Shown piece after piece: positions 36,085-44,761 of a DNA stretch of 64,000 nt. Under the pieces are notes generated by a model. That model ran no database searches, was not told where the DNA came from, and saw nothing but the letters and a program-made list of their open reading frames with translations. The first letter of the stretch is position 1, and each line of letters opens with the position of its first letter. Origin of the DNA: an uncultured bacterium. GTDB lineage: Bacteria; Elusimicrobiota; Elusimicrobia; Elusimicrobiales; Elusimicrobiaceae. Both the position numbers and the translations under genes were made by a program. Where the stretch lies: the NCBI GenBank assembly GCA_949297775.1, contig CASFTM010000005.1, positions 26,605-90,604 of the forward strand. The letters are read 5' to 3'.

Positions 36085-36897
36085 ATGGCAGACACGCAGA
36101 CCGTTATCAGCGACGTAAAATTATTTATTGAACGGCTCAAAAAAGAGCTGCCGGAAGTGTTCGGCAATCCGAGCGCCCCGGCTGATGCGCATACCGCGCC
36201 AAATAGCCCGGCGGACGGCAACAAAGTTCTTTATAACGGGGACCTGTACGAAGCCCGTATGTACGTAACGCCCGACCAGGAAGAAGGCGTGGCGTTTGAC
36301 GGCACTATTTTCCACATTTACCTGCAGTCCAAAAATTCCGACCCGGCGGCGTTGGTAACGGCCTGGCTGAGAAACAAAGCCAACGAAACCTTAAAAGCCA
36401 AAACGAAAGAATGGGCGGAAAAAATCGGCGTGGAATACAATAACATCGTGATTAAGGACCAGCGAACCTGCTGGGCCAGTTGCTCGGGCAAGAAAAACAT
36501 TAACTATTCATACCGCATTGTCAAAATGCCGCTGGCGGTGCAGGACTATTTGATGGTGCACGAACTGTGCCACCTGGTGCATATGAACCACGGGCAGGAA
36601 TACTGGCAATTGGTGGCGCAGTTCTGCCCCGACTATAAAAGCCACCGCCGTTGGCTAAACGAAAATAAAGGCGCGGTATTTGCCGAAGTGGAACTTACCT
36701 ACCGCGAAACGCCCGAAGAAAATACCGACGGGGACACGGCCCACGCAGAGGCGGCCCCGACGCAAGAAATGTCCGCCCCGGAAACAACCGCGGCAAAAGC
36801 CGCTCCCGCGGAGGCGGAAGAGCGAGAAGTACCACAAGAGCAAGCCCCTCGGAATGCGACTTCCACCGGCGAAAACAAGCCAACGGAAAACGACTGA
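36085..36897 (+). CDS. M48/YgjP-like (DUF45) metallohydrolase with acidic tail
   Basis: WASCS, DYLMVHELCHLVHMNHG. Confidence 0.82.
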   Translation: MADTQTVISDVKLFIERLKKELPEVFGNPSAPADAHTAPNSPADGNKVLYNGDLYEARMYVTPDQEEGVAFDGTIFHIYLQSKNSDPAALVTAWLRNKANETLKAKTKEWAEKIGVEYNNIVIKDQRTCWASCSGKKNINYSYRIVKMPLAVQDYLMVHELCHLVHMNHGQEYWQLVAQFCPDYKSHRRWLNENKGAVFAEVELTYRETPEENTDGDTAHAEAAPTQEMSAPETTAAKAAPAEAEEREVPQEQAPRNATSTGENKPTEND

Positions 36898-36957
36898 TTT
36901 TCCCTACACATAACACAACGCCCCGGTTTTGCCGGGGCGTTGTTCATTTGGTAAATG

Positions 36958-37473
36958 CTAAAAATGAAGCGCTTTGCACAACCGGCGGCCGCGGTCGGTT
37001 GTGGCATCGCAAGTGATTGCGTTTGGATTGGAAGAATTGGCAAAAAATACATGCGCGGTAGCAATACGGGAGGAAGAACAAGTTCCGTCACCGGGGCAAT
37101 AAATGGCCCGCACCTGGTGCTGTGCTAAAGCGGGTTGTATTGACCCGTGGATATTATCCAGCTGTCCGTTTTCGCAGCGTATTTGGCTGGAATCATTGGC
37201 AAGAAGTTGACACGCCGAAGAATAATCCACATCCAAGTCCGCAAGCTTGATTGTATACGATCCGTTTGCCATATAATAAACTTCCTGCGCTTTGCGGATA
37301 TCCGACGCCATTTGGATGAGCGTCATCATACGAGATTTGTCCACCGCCAGTTGGTATTGCGGAAGCGCCACCGCCGACAAAATACCAATGATTAAAACAA
37401 CCACTAACAGCTCTATTAACGTAAATCCGGCGTTTTTCCCCGCCGGGAAGGATTTTTGATAAATTTTGGTCAT
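36958..37473 (-). CDS. Type IV pilin-like protein, palindrome class, copy 4
   Basis: KNAG|[24 protein letters not shown]; C-terminal CDATTDRGRRLC. Confidence 0.9.
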   Translation of the reverse strand: MTKIYQKSFPAGKNAGFTLIELLVVVLIIGILSAVALPQYQLAVDKSRMMTLIQMASDIRKAQEVYYMANGSYTIKLADLDVDYSSACQLLANDSSQIRCENGQLDNIHGSIQPALAQHQVRAIYCPGDGTCSSSRIATAHVFFANSSNPNAITCDATTDRGRRLCKALHF

Positions 37474-37507
37474 AGCCAAAATTTATCAAAAAAAAAAAAC
37501 AAATCAA
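37453..37507 (-). promoter_or_regulatory. Pilin start-site element copy 4
   Basis: Arms 37453-37468 and 37477-37492, spacer GTCATAGC, A12 at 37488-37499. Confidence 0.8.
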
Positions 37508-37819
37508 GGGGCGAGCCGCCCCTCCCCTCTTTTTACCCGTCAACACGATTAGCTTAGGCCACACTGCTCCTGCAATGTTGCACTGTTTCAAAAAGGAAGT
37601 TTTTCCGCTTGTATTTATGTCGTAGCCGTGGTTGTTGCCGTTTATCCGCCCCTTTAGAGCCGTCTACAAAAAGCCTTTCAAACGGATTAGAAATTTTATT
37701 GTTTGAGCGCGGGGACCGCGTGAGTTATAAAATTTCCCGTTTGAAAGTGATTTTTGTGGCTCCCTGGGGCGGCGCTCTTTTTCGCCCTTTTTCTGGCGTC
37801 AGAAAAAGGGCTATATAAT
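37508..37819. repeat. Pilin-upstream mosaic repeat (most complete copy)
   Basis: Contains modules also seen at about 2.0, 14.3-14.6 and 21.3 kb. Confidence 0.8.
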
Positions 37820-37955
37820 GAAGCTGTGCCCTTACGCAACAGCCCCGAGCCGGGGCTCCCCCTGGGCCGCCAACAATAAATAAAACCGCCGGGTGCGAAT
37901 GCCGGCGGTTTATAGGAGACCCCCTCGTCCCTGGCTTTAGGAAGAGGAAGCAAAT

Positions 37956-38726
37956 TTATTTGGCGGCTAATAAATTATCGTGTATACCAGTGTGGAAAAC
38001 AGCCAGATGCTCTTCCGACACGCCGCCCCAAAAGGACACCGGCAACCGCCGGGGAACCTCATTCACCAAAGCAACCGCTTTCCCTTGGTAAAAGAAAGGC
38101 TCCCCTTTTTGGAGCGTATTTTTTACGCCCGCCAGCCGGCTGGCACGCGGCGAAACAACCCCCCGATTTACAAAAAATTCCAATAATTTTTGCTGTACGC
38201 CTTTTCCAAAAACCTCATAAAGCGTTTCTCCTTCCGGCACAGCCGCCACCGGCACACCTTGTAACCCTTCCGTCAACCGGGAAGAAACAGCCACTCCGGC
38301 AAAATTTCCATTTATGCTTACGCTTCCCGCCGGGCCGCTCCCGCGGCGGCCATTGGCTAATTGTACACGTACTTTTTTTAAGGAAAATCCACTCGGTGCC
38401 TGGGCACACGAAGCCGTGGTAAGGATGCGGTTTTCCCCCGCCAACAATACCCCGCGGCAGGCCGTCGTTTGGCGCTCCGTTTTAACCAACACATCCCTGA
38501 ATCCGGGCCGGCGGGGCCGGCGGACGGTATCGCTTAAATAAACCGGTTTTTCCCATTCAAATACAAGCGTTGCCACCGCTTGTTCCTGGCGGTGCAGTTT
38601 TTCCGCCTCTACAGCCTGCCGGGTAAGCGCCGGCAGCATGCCGGCAGATTCCTGGGCAGATACATTTCCAGCGGCGCAAAGGGCAACGGTTGCGAACAAC
38701 ATTTTAATATACTGATTCCTTTTCAT
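37956..38726 (-). CDS. Secreted hypothetical protein, possible degenerate trypsin-like fold
   Basis: Signal peptide; CRGVLL...ILTTASC and GEPFFYQGKAV resemble trypsin motifs lacking the catalytic His and Ser. Confidence 0.6.
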   Translation of the reverse strand: MKRNQYIKMLFATVALCAAGNVSAQESAGMLPALTRQAVEAEKLHRQEQAVATLVFEWEKPVYLSDTVRRPRRPGFRDVLVKTERQTTACRGVLLAGENRILTTASCAQAPSGFSLKKVRVQLANGRRGSGPAGSVSINGNFAGVAVSSRLTEGLQGVPVAAVPEGETLYEVFGKGVQQKLLEFFVNRGVVSPRASRLAGVKNTLQKGEPFFYQGKAVALVNEVPRRLPVSFWGGVSEEHLAVFHTGIHDNLLAAK

Positions 38727-38869
38727 AAGACCTCGCTTTTGTTTGATAAATTTATTATACAAAAGTTAGGCAAAACTAACAAGTATTTTTCTAAAAACAA
38801 ATAACGCCCTTATAAAAAGGACGTTATTATGCATTAATAAACTAAAAAATAAAGTTAGCTAAAGCTATC

Positions 38870-39397
38870 TTATAAATATACTATCCACCCCGCCGCACCG
38901 CACAGAGCAAGCACGCCAATGGGGCCTGTTTTCTTTTTCCACACCAGCATAAATGCGCCGGCAAAAAACACCAAGCTCTTATAATCCACAAAATTTTCCG
39001 CGTTGCACAAAACTAATGCCGCCGCGGCAATCAGCCCGATTACCGCCGGGCGCAGCCCCGCAAACACCCCTTCCACCGCCGGAGCATGGCGGTATTTTAA
39101 AAAATACTGGCTGACCGCCAACATCAAAATAAACGAAGGCAAACACACGGCAAACGTCGCCACCGCCGCACCCAGCACGCCGTCCGCCGCCGTATACCCG
39201 GTATAAGTAGCCAAGTTAATCCCCACCGGGCCAGGCGTCACCTGGCTGATGGCCACCACATCGGTAAATTCCGCCGTCGTCAGCCACGCGTGTTTGTGCA
39301 CCACTTCGTTTTGGATAAACGAAATCATCGCGTATCCGCCGCCAAAGTTAAAGAGGCCAATTTTAAAAAAAGTAACAAACAATTTCCAGTAAATCAC
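38870..39397 (-). CDS. chrA: Chromate transporter (short-chain CHR, second half)
   Basis: FFKIGLFNFGGGYAMI, SQVTPGP; GTGA overlap with upstream paralog. Confidence 0.9.
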   Translation of the reverse strand: MIYWKLFVTFFKIGLFNFGGGYAMISFIQNEVVHKHAWLTTAEFTDVVAISQVTPGPVGINLATYTGYTAADGVLGAAVATFAVCLPSFILMLAVSQYFLKYRHAPAVEGVFAGLRPAVIGLIAAAALVLCNAENFVDYKSLVFFAGAFMLVWKKKTGPIGVLALCGAAGWIVYL

Positions 39398-39933
39398 GGC
39401 ATCCTCCGCTTGCGCGCATACAACCAGCCGCCCAAGCCGGCCGCCAGCACAATGTACACCGGCGATACCTTCAGCAGCCACACCAACACCGCGCACACCA
39501 CTGGTATCCAAACGGTTCTATAATTAATTCCCGCCGTTTTGGCTAAGTTAAACACCGGCACGGCAATCAAGGCCACCACCGCCGGACGGATGCCCATAAA
39601 AATACGCCGCACGGTAGGATTATCTTGATATCCGTGAAAAAACAACGCTATCAGCAAAATAATAATAAACGACGGCAAGGCCGCGCCCAAAGAAGCCGCC
39701 GTGCTGCCCCAAAAGCCTTTCATTTTGTAGCCGGATAAAATGGCCACATTAATTGCCAAAATGCCCGGCGCAGCCTGGGCAACGGCAACACAATCTAAAA
39801 ATTCCCCGCGGTCCAGCCAGGATTTTTTATCCACCAATTCCCGTTCAATAAGCGGCAGCATCGCATAGCCGCCGCCTAAGGTAAACGTGCCGATTTTGGC
39901 AAAAATCCAAAATAAAGAAAAATAGTCTTTCAT
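39394..39933 (-). CDS. chrA: Chromate transporter (short-chain CHR, first half)
   Basis: FAKIGTFTLGGGYAML, AQAAPG. Confidence 0.9.
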   Translation of the reverse strand: MKDYFSLFWIFAKIGTFTLGGGYAMLPLIERELVDKKSWLDRGEFLDCVAVAQAAPGILAINVAILSGYKMKGFWGSTAASLGAALPSFIIILLIALFFHGYQDNPTVRRIFMGIRPAVVALIAVPVFNLAKTAGINYRTVWIPVVCAVLVWLLKVSPVYIVLAAGLGGWLYARKRRMP

Positions 39934-39971
39934 TGGTTATATTTTACTATTTCCCCATAACGAAAAGGACA

Positions 39972-40199
39972 CTAAAATAAATCACGCTCTTTTACGCCCA
40001 GCCCTTTTGCTATTTTGCGTATGTTAAGCAACGCCAAATTGCGTTCCCCACGCTCTACTCCTCCCATATACGTCCGGTCCAGCCCGATTTCCAAGGCAAA
40101 ATCCTCCTGGGAAAACCCCGCCTGCCGGCGCAGTGCCCGCACTCGCGCGCCAAACGCCTTTAAATACTTTTTGTCCGCCTGCGAATAATTGTTTTTCAT
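39972..40199 (-). CDS. XRE-family HTH protein resembling R-M controller (C) proteins
   Basis: FGARVRALR...SQEDFA...[18 protein letters not shown] pattern; 75 aa. Confidence 0.85.
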   Translation of the reverse strand: MKNNYSQADKKYLKAFGARVRALRRQAGFSQEDFALEIGLDRTYMGGVERGERNLALLNIRKIAKGLGVKERDLF

Positions 40200-40222
40200 A
40201 CTTCAAGGATAGCTGTATGATA

Positions 40223-40247
40223 TCTATAAGTACACGGACTATAAGTA
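40223..40247 (-). promoter_or_regulatory. C-box-type double operator
   Basis: Minus strand TACTTATAGTCC-GTG-TACTTATAGA matches the GACT-TAT-AGTC/GTG C-box architecture, just upstream of the HTH gene. Confidence 0.75.
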
Positions 40248-40293
40248 TCTTTTTTTTGTTATAATAAAGCTACATTTAATATGCGGAGGTTTT

Positions 40294-40776
40294 ATGCAAA
40301 AAGGTTTTACGCTGATAGAATTATTAGTGGTTGTGCTGATTATCGGCATATTGGCGGCGGTCGCTCTGCCGCAGTATCAGCTGGCGGTGGACAAAAGCCG
40401 CCTGGCGGGAGCAATTTCGTTGGCGCAGTCTTTGCGCAAAGCGCAGGAAATTTATTATATGTCCAATAACGCTTACAGTGTGGATTTGGAAAATTTTGAT
40501 ATTGATTTATCTAAATCCTGCCGCCGTTCCGCCCCGGGAATGATTAATTGCCACCACTATATTGTTGACAACATCTACGGCGACCTAAATACTTCCGAAG
40601 AAGTCAACCAAGTGGCTATTTTCTATGTGCCTTCCAACCCCGGACAGACCGCCCAAAAAGACGCCCTTATCCATGTGTATCTGGAACATTCTTCCCTCCC
40701 CAACGAAATTACCTGCGAGGGCTTTACCGACCGCGGCAAAAAATTGTGCCGTGCTTCGGGCTATACAGTCATTTAA
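40294..40776 (+). CDS. Type IV pilin-like protein, short-leader class
   Basis: MQKG|[24 protein letters not shown]; GGAGG RBS; C-terminal CEGFTDRGKKLC. Confidence 0.9.
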   Translation: MQKGFTLIELLVVVLIIGILAAVALPQYQLAVDKSRLAGAISLAQSLRKAQEIYYMSNNAYSVDLENFDIDLSKSCRRSAPGMINCHHYIVDNIYGDLNTSEEVNQVAIFYVPSNPGQTAQKDALIHVYLEHSSLPNEITCEGFTDRGKKLCRASGYTVI

Positions 40777-40807
40777 GGCACGCTGCTTATCCGCCCGCTT
40801 TCCAGCA

Positions 40808-40834
40808 AAAAGCCCCGGCCAAACCGGGGCTTTT
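40808..40834. terminator. Bidirectional intrinsic terminator
   Basis: AAAAGCCCCGG-ccaaa-CCGGGGCTTTT. Confidence 0.85.
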
Positions 40835-40855
40835 GCACGCTAAAACTTGCGGAGG

Positions 40856-42532
40856 TTACTCTATCCAGCCTTCTTTTTTGGCGTAATCGCGGATACCGTT
40901 GTAAATGCCTTGGGCCATCCGGTCGCGCACGGTACCGTTAGAAAGGCGGCCTCTGTCTTTATTGCTGCTGATGTAGCCCATCTCCACCAAAATAGCCGGG
41001 CTGTTGACACCCTTGAGTACGTAGAAGTTAGCCTGGCGGACGCTGTTGTTGCGGTTAACGGCAATCCCGATACCCGGCTGTTTATAAACGGCGTTACGCA
41101 CATAGCCGGCAAGTTTGGAACTTTCGTTAATGTATTCGTTTTTCGCCAAGGATTGCAGCAACGCGTCTACAAAATTATAGTGCACCTCTTCATATTGCAT
41201 TGCTTCGTTTTCCAAGGCGGCGACTTCGGCGGCTTCTTTGTCGGTCGCTTTCTCGGAGCGGAAATATACCTGGAAGCCGTTGGCGCTGCGGTTTCTAGAA
41301 GCGTTGGTATGGATGGAAACAAATAAATCCGCTTTGAACTTGTTGGATTTTTTGGAACGTTCGGAAAGGGCGATAAAGCTATCGTTATCCCGCGTCATTT
41401 GCACTTCAAACCCGCCCTTTTTAAGTAAGCGCGTAAGCTCCTTGGCAACGTCCAAGTTCCAATCTTTTTCGCGGTAACGGCTGCGCACGGCACCAGGGTC
41501 CCGCCCGCCGTGCCCGGGGTCCACCATAATGCGCATTTTTTTGCGCGCGGTGCTGACCGCCACCGGGTTAGGCTCCGCTTTCATCACGGGCGCCGGCTTG
41601 GGGGCCGGTTCCGGCTTGGCGGACGATACCGCCGTCGGCTTGGGGGAAACAGCGGACATCACAGGAGTATCGTCGGCTTCCATTAACACAGAGGGTTTTT
41701 CGTTCCCCAACGCCGCTTGAGGAGAGGGCTCCTTCTCTTTTACGCTCTCCGGCTCCGGCTTGACCACCGGCACCGGCTTTGCCGCCAGTACTGGCGCGGC
41801 TTTTTGCGCACCGGCGCGGAATACGAGTTTTCCCGCTGTTTCGCCAAAGCTCCAGTCCCGGGCGTTTTTACCTAAAATCACTTTTAAAACAGCTTCGCCG
41901 TTGCGTCCCTGGCGCACATCCATAGAGGATATGTAATCCGTTTTTACGCGCAAATGCAAATCCCGCTTAAGCACCACATTTGGGAAGGTTACCTGCACCG
42001 TATGTTTATTAAGTTGCTTGGTTTGGTAAGAAATGGATTTAAGAGCGTCAAACACCAGCAAGGTATCCTGTGCGCTTTTTTGAGTGTCTGTAAAAGCAAA
42101 ATTGAAGCGCCGCTCCACATAAAAAGCGCCGTCTTTAAAAGACACATACCGGTCTACCGCTTCCTGAAACTGGGGCAGCAGGAAAAATTCTGCCGGCACC
42201 ATCATTTTACCGCCGTCAATTTGCACCGGGGCGGATAAAGTTTTGGGCTGGGCGTTGACGATAATTTCCGCCAGCGGGGCCGTTAAAATAGCATAAAATC
42301 CTTTGGCAGAAATGCGGGCTTGCTTGGATTGGGCAAACAGCTCTACCCCCGCGCCGAATTTGCGGGCGGTTTTTTGCAGGTTCACGTAAGTAACGCCGCC
42401 GGACTGCATAGCGGCCACCGAGCCTTTATCCCGCCCGGAAACGATAAAATCCACTTTTTCCGCCGCGTATCCCGCCGCGGAAAAAGCCATACACAATAAG
42501 CCCGATAAGAAAATTCTGCCCCAACGTTTCAT
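40856..42532 (-). CDS. N-acetylmuramoyl-L-alanine amidase (Amidase_3)
   Basis: VDPGHGGRDPGA, E(K)DWNL, FVSIHTNA, ILVEMGYISS; Pro/Ala-rich linker. Confidence 0.92.
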   Translation of the reverse strand: MKRWGRIFLSGLLCMAFSAAGYAAEKVDFIVSGRDKGSVAAMQSGGVTYVNLQKTARKFGAGVELFAQSKQARISAKGFYAILTAPLAEIIVNAQPKTLSAPVQIDGGKMMVPAEFFLLPQFQEAVDRYVSFKDGAFYVERRFNFAFTDTQKSAQDTLLVFDALKSISYQTKQLNKHTVQVTFPNVVLKRDLHLRVKTDYISSMDVRQGRNGEAVLKVILGKNARDWSFGETAGKLVFRAGAQKAAPVLAAKPVPVVKPEPESVKEKEPSPQAALGNEKPSVLMEADDTPVMSAVSPKPTAVSSAKPEPAPKPAPVMKAEPNPVAVSTARKKMRIMVDPGHGGRDPGAVRSRYREKDWNLDVAKELTRLLKKGGFEVQMTRDNDSFIALSERSKKSNKFKADLFVSIHTNASRNRSANGFQVYFRSEKATDKEAAEVAALENEAMQYEEVHYNFVDALLQSLAKNEYINESSKLAGYVRNAVYKQPGIGIAVNRNNSVRQANFYVLKGVNSPAILVEMGYISSNKDRGRLSNGTVRDRMAQGIYNGIRDYAKKEGWIE

Positions 42533-42573
42533 AAGCGTGCCCAACCGGCGCCCGGCTGCCGCCGGGCGTACGG

Positions 42574-44028
42574 TTACTCTAACACAATTTTGTAATCTTC
42601 CCAGGGCAGCTGCGGGTCCGCCTGGATTTTAAGCGTGCGGTGGATATTCTGTTCAATATCCTCCTGGCGGTTTTTAATGGCTTCCGCCAGCACGGGGTGG
42701 AGCACCACGCGCAAGTTGCCGCCGGGGCGTCCGCTGGTTAAATCGTAAATTTCGCGCTGGATTTTAATGCGCATACTTTCCGCCGAAAGCACCCGCCCGG
42801 AACCGTGGCACTGAGGGCATTCTTCGCTGATAAAACTGCCCGTGCTGGCGCGTTTGCGTTCGCGGGTCATTTCCACCAAGCCCAGGCGCGTGATGGGAAG
42901 AATGCGGATTTTGGCGCGGTCCCCGTGCACGGCCTGCGCCAAGGCTTCCACCACGCGGTGGCGGCTGGAGGCTTTGCGCATATCAATAAAGTCAATCACG
43001 ATAATCCCCCCAATGTTGCGCAGGCGCAGCTGGTGGGCGATTTCGTTGGCGGCCTCAATATTGGTTTGGGTAACGGTTTCTTCCTGCGATTTGTTGCCGG
43101 TAAATTTGCCGGTGTTTACGTCAATGGCGCAGAGGGATTCTGCTTCCTGGATGATGATACTGCCGCCGTTAGGCAGGGGCAGTTTGGTTTTGCGCAGGTT
43201 GTCAATTTCCGTTTCAATGTTATAGGCTTCAAAAATGGGCGTTTTCCCTTTGTACAGCTTCACGCGGTCCGCCAAATCGGGAGAGTTCTTTTCCACAAAG
43301 TCCAGCACGCGTTCATAATCTTTTTTGCTGTCCAGCAAGTAGACCTTGGCGTTTTCCGACAGGACATCGCGGGCCACCTGCAGCACGGCGTCCATATCTT
43401 CGTGCAAGAGTTTAGGCGCGCGGGACGCTTCAAACTTTTTGACGATGGACTGCCACTGGCGGTACAGGTATTTTACTTCGCGTTCCAACTCGTCTTTGGT
43501 GGCTTCTTCGGCCTCCGTACGCACAATGCAGCCCATACCGTCCAAATGTTTAGCGGCTAATTCCTGCATAATTTCATTCAGTTTGTGGCGCGCTTCGGAA
43601 TCTTCAATATTTTTGGAAACCCCCACAAAACTCTGGTGCGGCGTAAGCACTAAATAACGGCCGGGCAAGGTAACGTCCATCGTTACTTTCATTCCTTTAG
43701 TGCTGATGGCGTCCTTTACCACCTGCACCATTACTTCCTGGCCCTTGTGGAGCACTTTGTCTATATTCTTTTTGTCGCCGCCCAACACATCGGAGATATA
43801 CAAATAGGCGTTCTTTTCGTAACCGATGTTCAAAAACGCGCTGGAAATGCCGGGCAGTACGTTTTCCACCACGCCTTTATAGATGTTTCCTACAATGTTG
43901 AGCGAGCCGCGGCGTTCCCAAATCAATTCGTTGACGCGTTCATCCTCCAAAATGGCGATGCGCGTTTCTTCAAAAGACGTATTCACCAACACTTCTACAG
44001 TGGGCTGTCCTTCCAAATTTTTACTCAT
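42574..44028 (-). CDS. Ribonuclease E/G family
   Basis: S1 domain GNIYKGVV, IDVNTG, RLRNIGGIIVIDFIDM, CPQCHGSG. Confidence 0.95.
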   Translation of the reverse strand: MSKNLEGQPTVEVLVNTSFEETRIAILEDERVNELIWERRGSLNIVGNIYKGVVENVLPGISSAFLNIGYEKNAYLYISDVLGGDKKNIDKVLHKGQEVMVQVVKDAISTKGMKVTMDVTLPGRYLVLTPHQSFVGVSKNIEDSEARHKLNEIMQELAAKHLDGMGCIVRTEAEEATKDELEREVKYLYRQWQSIVKKFEASRAPKLLHEDMDAVLQVARDVLSENAKVYLLDSKKDYERVLDFVEKNSPDLADRVKLYKGKTPIFEAYNIETEIDNLRKTKLPLPNGGSIIIQEAESLCAIDVNTGKFTGNKSQEETVTQTNIEAANEIAHQLRLRNIGGIIVIDFIDMRKASSRHRVVEALAQAVHGDRAKIRILPITRLGLVEMTRERKRASTGSFISEECPQCHGSGRVLSAESMRIKIQREIYDLTSGRPGGNLRVVLHPVLAEAIKNRQEDIEQNIHRTLKIQADPQLPWEDYKIVLE

Positions 44029-44061
44029 ATCAAATTCCTCTCTCCCCAGCCGGGGTTAAAA

Positions 44062-44757
44062 TTAAATCAAATGGAGCGCTCCGGCTCCGTCCTGCCAAAA
44101 AAGTCCTTCCCGGACAAACGCAAATTCTTCCAACAGCGGGGCGTCTTCCTGCAGCGGAATTTCCACCCCCAGCCACGCCGCCAACAATAGCTGCGGACGC
44201 AGCCATTTGCCTTCCACACACGCCAACGTCAAGTGCAGTACACGCGGAGAAAGCAACTGGGCCTCCCGGACAAACGGTTTGGCGTTTTGCGTAAACGTCA
44301 GGCCGTTTTCCGCCTGGCGGACAATTTCAATCCGGGCGGCGTTAAAAAAAGTTTCTGCCGGCTGCGCGGGTGCATAGGCGGCGAAGTCGCCTTCTATGCA
44401 GTAGCGGGCCGCCACAGCCAAGTTTTGCACCGACGGCAATGCATACGGTACCCGCTGTACGCTCAAAAGCTGTATACCCGCCGGCGCGGCCTGCTCCAAA
44501 GCCGGGCGGACCTGCTCCGCCGGAACCGGCTCGGTTAAATAAATGTCCAGATACTCCCGCTCGGCTTCCTGCCCTTTTGCCGGGGCCGGCCCATACGCCA
44601 GCCGGGGCCAGTTTGGGTTTACTTTGGCTTTTTCAAAAGGAAGTCCGCTTGAAAGCACCATTTTGCGTACGGCATTAAAAACAAAAGTCGTTCCCGCAGT
44701 TTTTTGGGGCCCGCGGAACACTATACGCATTTTATAAATTTTTGGCGTGTTTATCAT
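44062..44757 (-). CDS. DUF2344/TIGR03936-like protein
   Basis: VLSSGLPF...NPNWPRLAYGPA...AEREYLDI pattern; upstream of RNase E/G as is usual for the family. Confidence 0.6.
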   Translation of the reverse strand: MINTPKIYKMRIVFRGPQKTAGTTFVFNAVRKMVLSSGLPFEKAKVNPNWPRLAYGPAPAKGQEAEREYLDIYLTEPVPAEQVRPALEQAAPAGIQLLSVQRVPYALPSVQNLAVAARYCIEGDFAAYAPAQPAETFFNAARIEIVRQAENGLTFTQNAKPFVREAQLLSPRVLHLTLACVEGKWLRPQLLLAAWLGVEIPLQEDAPLLEEFAFVREGLFWQDGAGALHLI

Positions 44758-44761
44758 CTTT

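Noticed and set aside
37193-37591. Upstream ORFs through T12 (also 1818-2087, 13947-14207) fusing to the pilin by frameshift
   Set aside because: In the pilin frame TGA TAA lies just after the tract, so no tract length can fuse them; these ORFs are shadows of the shared element.
37676-37746. Long hairpin as an integron attC site
   Set aside because: No clear RYYYAAC/GTTRRRY ends, no cassette array and no integron integrase.
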